From Elainellaceae cyanobacterium (lineage in GTDB: Bacteria; Cyanobacteriota; Cyanobacteriia; CAZCXK01), in assembly GCA_051117555.1 (NCBI GenBank), contig JBNPEG010000203.1, positions 1 to 31,474 of the forward strand: a stretch of 31,474 nt of DNA, written 5' to 3'. A program made the translations under genes and the position numbers. The notes under the pieces are model-generated. The model was not told the DNA's origin. It was given only the letters and a program-made list of their open reading frames with translations, and did no database searches. Positions 28,480 to 31,474 of the stretch are shown here, in pieces. Every line of letters begins with the position of its first letter. The first letter of the stretch is position 1.

Positions 28480-28571
28480 TATAGCAATCCCAGATGGGTT
28501 GTGAGCGGTGGGGCGGGCGGCGCCTGCCCCACCGCTCACACACAGTTCACAAGCGATTTAGGATCGCTATA
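28480..28571. mobile_element. 92-bp MITE-like element with TA-ended terminal inverted repeats and an internal GC-rich hairpin
   Basis: Left end TATAGCAATCCCAGATGGGTTGTGA and right end TCACAAGCGATTTAGGATCGCTATA (20/25 complementary); internal hairpin TGTGAGCGGTGGGGCGGGCG / CGCCTGCCCCACCGCTCACA. Confidence 0.75.
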
Positions 28572-28605
28572 TCGAGTCTTGCTCCCCATGAGAAATAGAA
28601 ACGAA

Positions 28606-30312
28606 TTAATTCGGCGAGTCTGACGGCTCAGATTCAGCGCTGGTTTTGAGGATGACGGAAATGTCGTATCGGGTGCTGTATTCGTTCTCAATGGCAGAGG
28701 TGACGCCAATAGCGCGAATTGCCTCAACGAATGCCTGATTGTTTGGCGGCAGACTTGGGAGCGGTACATTGGTATCCGCATTGTTCATTGCTTCGAGATT
28801 GACGAAAAAGTGACCGTTGTTCGGCTCTAGCTCAGACGCGGTGGCTTGCTGGAATAGGCTATTTTCATCGAGCGCTGTGTTGGGTTCAGGTAAGAAGCGG
28901 TCTGCAATCGGACCAAAGGCTAAAAAGGTCACGTCATTGGCTAGCCATCCCCGGGTTAGCGTCAGTCCTGCTAGGGGTTGCGTCCATTGAACAACATTTG
29001 CACCGCCGATTTCAGTCTCATTGACCTGAAAGCGATATCGGCTTTCCATGACGTCATCAAGCGTGGCTAGCGTCTCTTCAGCGGCAGTGCGATCGCTCGC
29101 TTGCACCATAAACAAAACACCGACTCCGCCCCCCTCTGCAGCTTCTCCAGCAGTGGGGGCTAGCGCCAACGCAAACTCTCCATCCATCCACGCTATCAGG
29201 TCATCATCCATATTTAAGCCCGTTGCGGCCTGCAACCCCGCTCGTAGATTATTAGGGCTAAACGGCCCCCCGGATGTGGTGTCTCCCCGTTCGCTATAAT
29301 TTTGCCAGAGTTGCTGTAGATTCCCCCCCGATGCCATCGTGAGTGTCTCTGCGGGAAGAAGCTCTGGCATTCGACGAGCCGCATTTCTTGCCTCATAGGT
29401 GGCCGCGCTATCCGGATTCAGCCACGCGATGCCTTGAATCTCAACGCCGTCCTCACCTAAAAGCACCGTTGCCGCAAAGCCTTGATTATTTTGGAGGGGA
29501 GCCAAGCCCTGAGACGGAATCGGCTGGTTGTTATTGGCAGCAATCTGACTGGCAACAGGCACATTCACGTACGTCTGAAGGAACGGGTCAGCGACTGTCA
29601 ATTGGCGCAGTGCCTGCCGATATCCAGGAACTTGAGCCACCGAGTCTTGCCCTTTGAACGTATCGATGACTTGCTCGATAGCGGTGGGTGCATCTGAGAC
29701 GACTAGAAACTGGCGATCGATGACGGTCGCTGCATAGCCTTGCCCAGACTCTCCAGAAAATTCTCTAATTTCAAGCCCGTTATAATCTCGCGTGGTTGCT
29801 TCATCGGCATCTGTTTCCTCGCCGGTTAGCGATTCTTGTGCCTGAATCGGATCAGCAATTGGCAAAATCCAAATGGCATCTTGCTGTTCGCCTGATGGAT
29901 CGGCTGGTGTGTCTGCATCAGGAGCGTCTTCTGATGGACTCGCAGACGGGGAAAGAAACGCAACGGTTACTTCATCGCCGACCCAGGGCTGAATGTCTTC
30001 TTCATAGTCATAGCCGTTTTCGATCAGCAGGCGATCGCGCAAATTGGTGAGATTTTCGGTGAGGATTGTTTGCGTTTCAGAGGTCCCTAATGACTGCAAC
30101 TGTTCCCACTTGGCTTCATCGGTTGAAAATGAAAGGGTCATCAGAGCATTTTGGGGCACGACGGTCACCCCGACGGGCAAATCGCCAGAGGATAACCGAC
30201 GATTGGTTAAAAACCAGTAGGCGAGTCCCCCACCCACAATCAATGCAATGGAAGCACCCAGCGTCAGCGCGAGGGCAGGTTTTTTCTTGAGAATCATGGG
30301 CTTAGACTCCAT
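28606..30312 (-). CDS. DUF3352-domain membrane-anchored protein
   Basis: N-terminal KKKP plus TM helix, DYEEDIQPWVGDEVTVAF, WMDGEFALAL, NNGHFFVN. The exact start (30312 or 30297) is uncertain. Confidence 0.8.
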   Translation of the reverse strand: MESKPMILKKKPALALTLGASIALIVGGGLAYWFLTNRRLSSGDLPVGVTVVPQNALMTLSFSTDEAKWEQLQSLGTSETQTILTENLTNLRDRLLIENGYDYEEDIQPWVGDEVTVAFLSPSASPSEDAPDADTPADPSGEQQDAIWILPIADPIQAQESLTGEETDADEATTRDYNGLEIREFSGESGQGYAATVIDRQFLVVSDAPTAIEQVIDTFKGQDSVAQVPGYRQALRQLTVADPFLQTYVNVPVASQIAANNNQPIPSQGLAPLQNNQGFAATVLLGEDGVEIQGIAWLNPDSAATYEARNAARRMPELLPAETLTMASGGNLQQLWQNYSERGDTTSGGPFSPNNLRAGLQAATGLNMDDDLIAWMDGEFALALAPTAGEAAEGGGVGVLFMVQASDRTAAEETLATLDDVMESRYRFQVNETEIGGANVVQWTQPLAGLTLTRGWLANDVTFLAFGPIADRFLPEPNTALDENSLFQQATASELEPNNGHFFVNLEAMNNADTNVPLPSLPPNNQAFVEAIRAIGVTSAIENEYSTRYDISVILKTSAESEPSDSPN

Positions 30313-30447
30313 TGGCGTTCATGAGCGGGTGAGCGGCGATCGGATTTTGAAGCGCTCCCGAACACTATTCTGTACTAATTTTTGCGTCAATGTGGGTGTT
30401 TCACGTGCGATTCCGTTATTTCAGGGAGGCAACTGTTTTCTGACCTG

Positions 30448-30582
30448 TAAGTAGGTGGGCGTGTTAAAAAATAACCTCATGGTGGTGCGTTGCGCTGACG
30501 CTTTAGCATAGCCATGCCTGAAAGGCTATACAGCACCCTACGGCTCAATCAAACCGTGACGTTGTTTATTTACGGCTCCTTA
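30448..30582. repeat. Degenerate, possibly nested MITE/REP-like element
   Basis: Outer ends TAAGTAGGTGGGCGTGTTAAAAAATAAC and GTTGTTTATTTACGGCTCCTTA; inner GGTGC...GCACCCTAC arms; innermost ATAGCC...GGCTAT. Confidence 0.45.
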
Positions 30583-30603
30583 GCAATCAGCGATCGCCCT
30601 CGG

Positions 30604-31446
30604 TTACACAGACGCTAGGGGATTTAACCACATCAGCAGGTTGCGTTTGAGGTCATTCAAATCTTGATAGACGTTTTGTTTGACGGCTTGGGCGATCGCA
30701 TCGACTGGGGAAAAGGTTTCGCCAGCTTGCCAGTTTATATCTTGACCCAAGGGCGTGAGGTGGTTGCCGTTGAGGATTCGCAGCGTCGTCAACTCAGGAA
30801 ACCGCTGCTGCATGATGTCTGCTAATGATTGGGTTTGATCGATGTCGTCTTTTCTAAACTTGATGAGCAAATTGCGGGACACATTATATTCGTTTGCAAT
30901 AATCCGATTCGTTTCATCGGGTGAGGGGACGAATTCGACATCGCGAGTGGGTGACACTTTGATGAATTGGTCGGTAAATTCTGCCACCATCGGGAAGGAC
31001 TGACGCATTGTGTCAACCATTGAGGAGGCTTGAGAAAACTGCTCTAGGAAGGGAATCGACCGCTTCGCCGGAAAGTTGTTAAACGAAATCAAAATATTGC
31101 CCGCTCGTTCTTGCTCGAAGACGGCACAGATGAGCACGTGAAGCTTGCATCCCATGCTGTGACCGACGCCATAAATCGGCAGATATTTCTTAAACGCGGT
31201 TCCTTGCAGATACTCTAGCGCTTGCTCGAATGTATTGAGCGCTTGTCGCGCCATGACGGCATGGTCGAGGGTGTTTACAAACGGGGTGGCAATGACGGCA
31301 TAGCCATGATGGGCAAGATTCTCCAGCAGCCATCGATAGGTCACCTGAGGCGCCGTTGCGACAAACGCGCCTCCTAAGAAATGCACAATTGCAGTTGGGC
31401 GTGGCGGAATTAACACCCAGTTGCCCGAAATCTCCTGCCAGTCCAT
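30604..31446 (-). CDS. DUF1350-family alpha/beta-hydrolase-like protein
   Basis: MDWQEISGNWVL, HFLGGAFVA, GHSMG nucleophile elbow, DDIDQT, GNHLTP; GAGGAGG RBS. Confidence 0.88.
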   Translation of the reverse strand: MDWQEISGNWVLIPPRPTAIVHFLGGAFVATAPQVTYRWLLENLAHHGYAVIATPFVNTLDHAVMARQALNTFEQALEYLQGTAFKKYLPIYGVGHSMGCKLHVLICAVFEQERAGNILISFNNFPAKRSIPFLEQFSQASSMVDTMRQSFPMVAEFTDQFIKVSPTRDVEFVPSPDETNRIIANEYNVSRNLLIKFRKDDIDQTQSLADIMQQRFPELTTLRILNGNHLTPLGQDINWQAGETFSPVDAIAQAVKQNVYQDLNDLKRNLLMWLNPLASV

Positions 31447-31474
31447 ACCGACCTCCTCAATAGACTCTCTTATC

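Noticed and set aside
28403..28543. 47-aa N-terminal extension of CcsA
   Set aside because: It runs through the MITE; homology begins at MDLVTLQ (28402).
1..31474. Frequent GCGATCGC palindromes
   Set aside because: This is HIP1, a well-known genome-wide cyanobacterial feature; used only as a taxonomic clue.

Overview
Cyanobacterial chromosomal window: about 50% GC, many HIP1 GCGATCGC octamers, and cyanobacteria-specific genes. Most of it is conserved housekeeping and motility DNA: tatC, csaA, a TPR-Slt lytic transglycosylase, pepA, the complete Pil/Hmp chemosensory cluster (PatA-type pilG, pilH, pilI, pilJ MCP, pilL CheA) with divergent hmpF, then tilS, ccsA and DUF3352/DUF1350 genes. The unusual features are mostly outside the ORF track: (1) an IS630-type element at the left edge inserted at a TA inside an AcrB-family RND gene, which explains its missing N-terminus; (2) a CP12 homologue with three of the four canonical redox cysteines replaced by serine, followed by a small acidic ORF ending in a Cys pair; (3) a frameshifted, internally deleted GH2 glycosidase relic in the apparent intergenic gap at 3.5-3.8 kb; (4) a DUF433 antitoxin whose coupled PIN toxin is reduced to a 7-codon stub; (5) several MITE-like elements and short tandem repeats. 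I found no rRNA, tRNA or CRISPR array and no clear large novel multi-gene system. Family assignments come from recalled motifs, not database searches.
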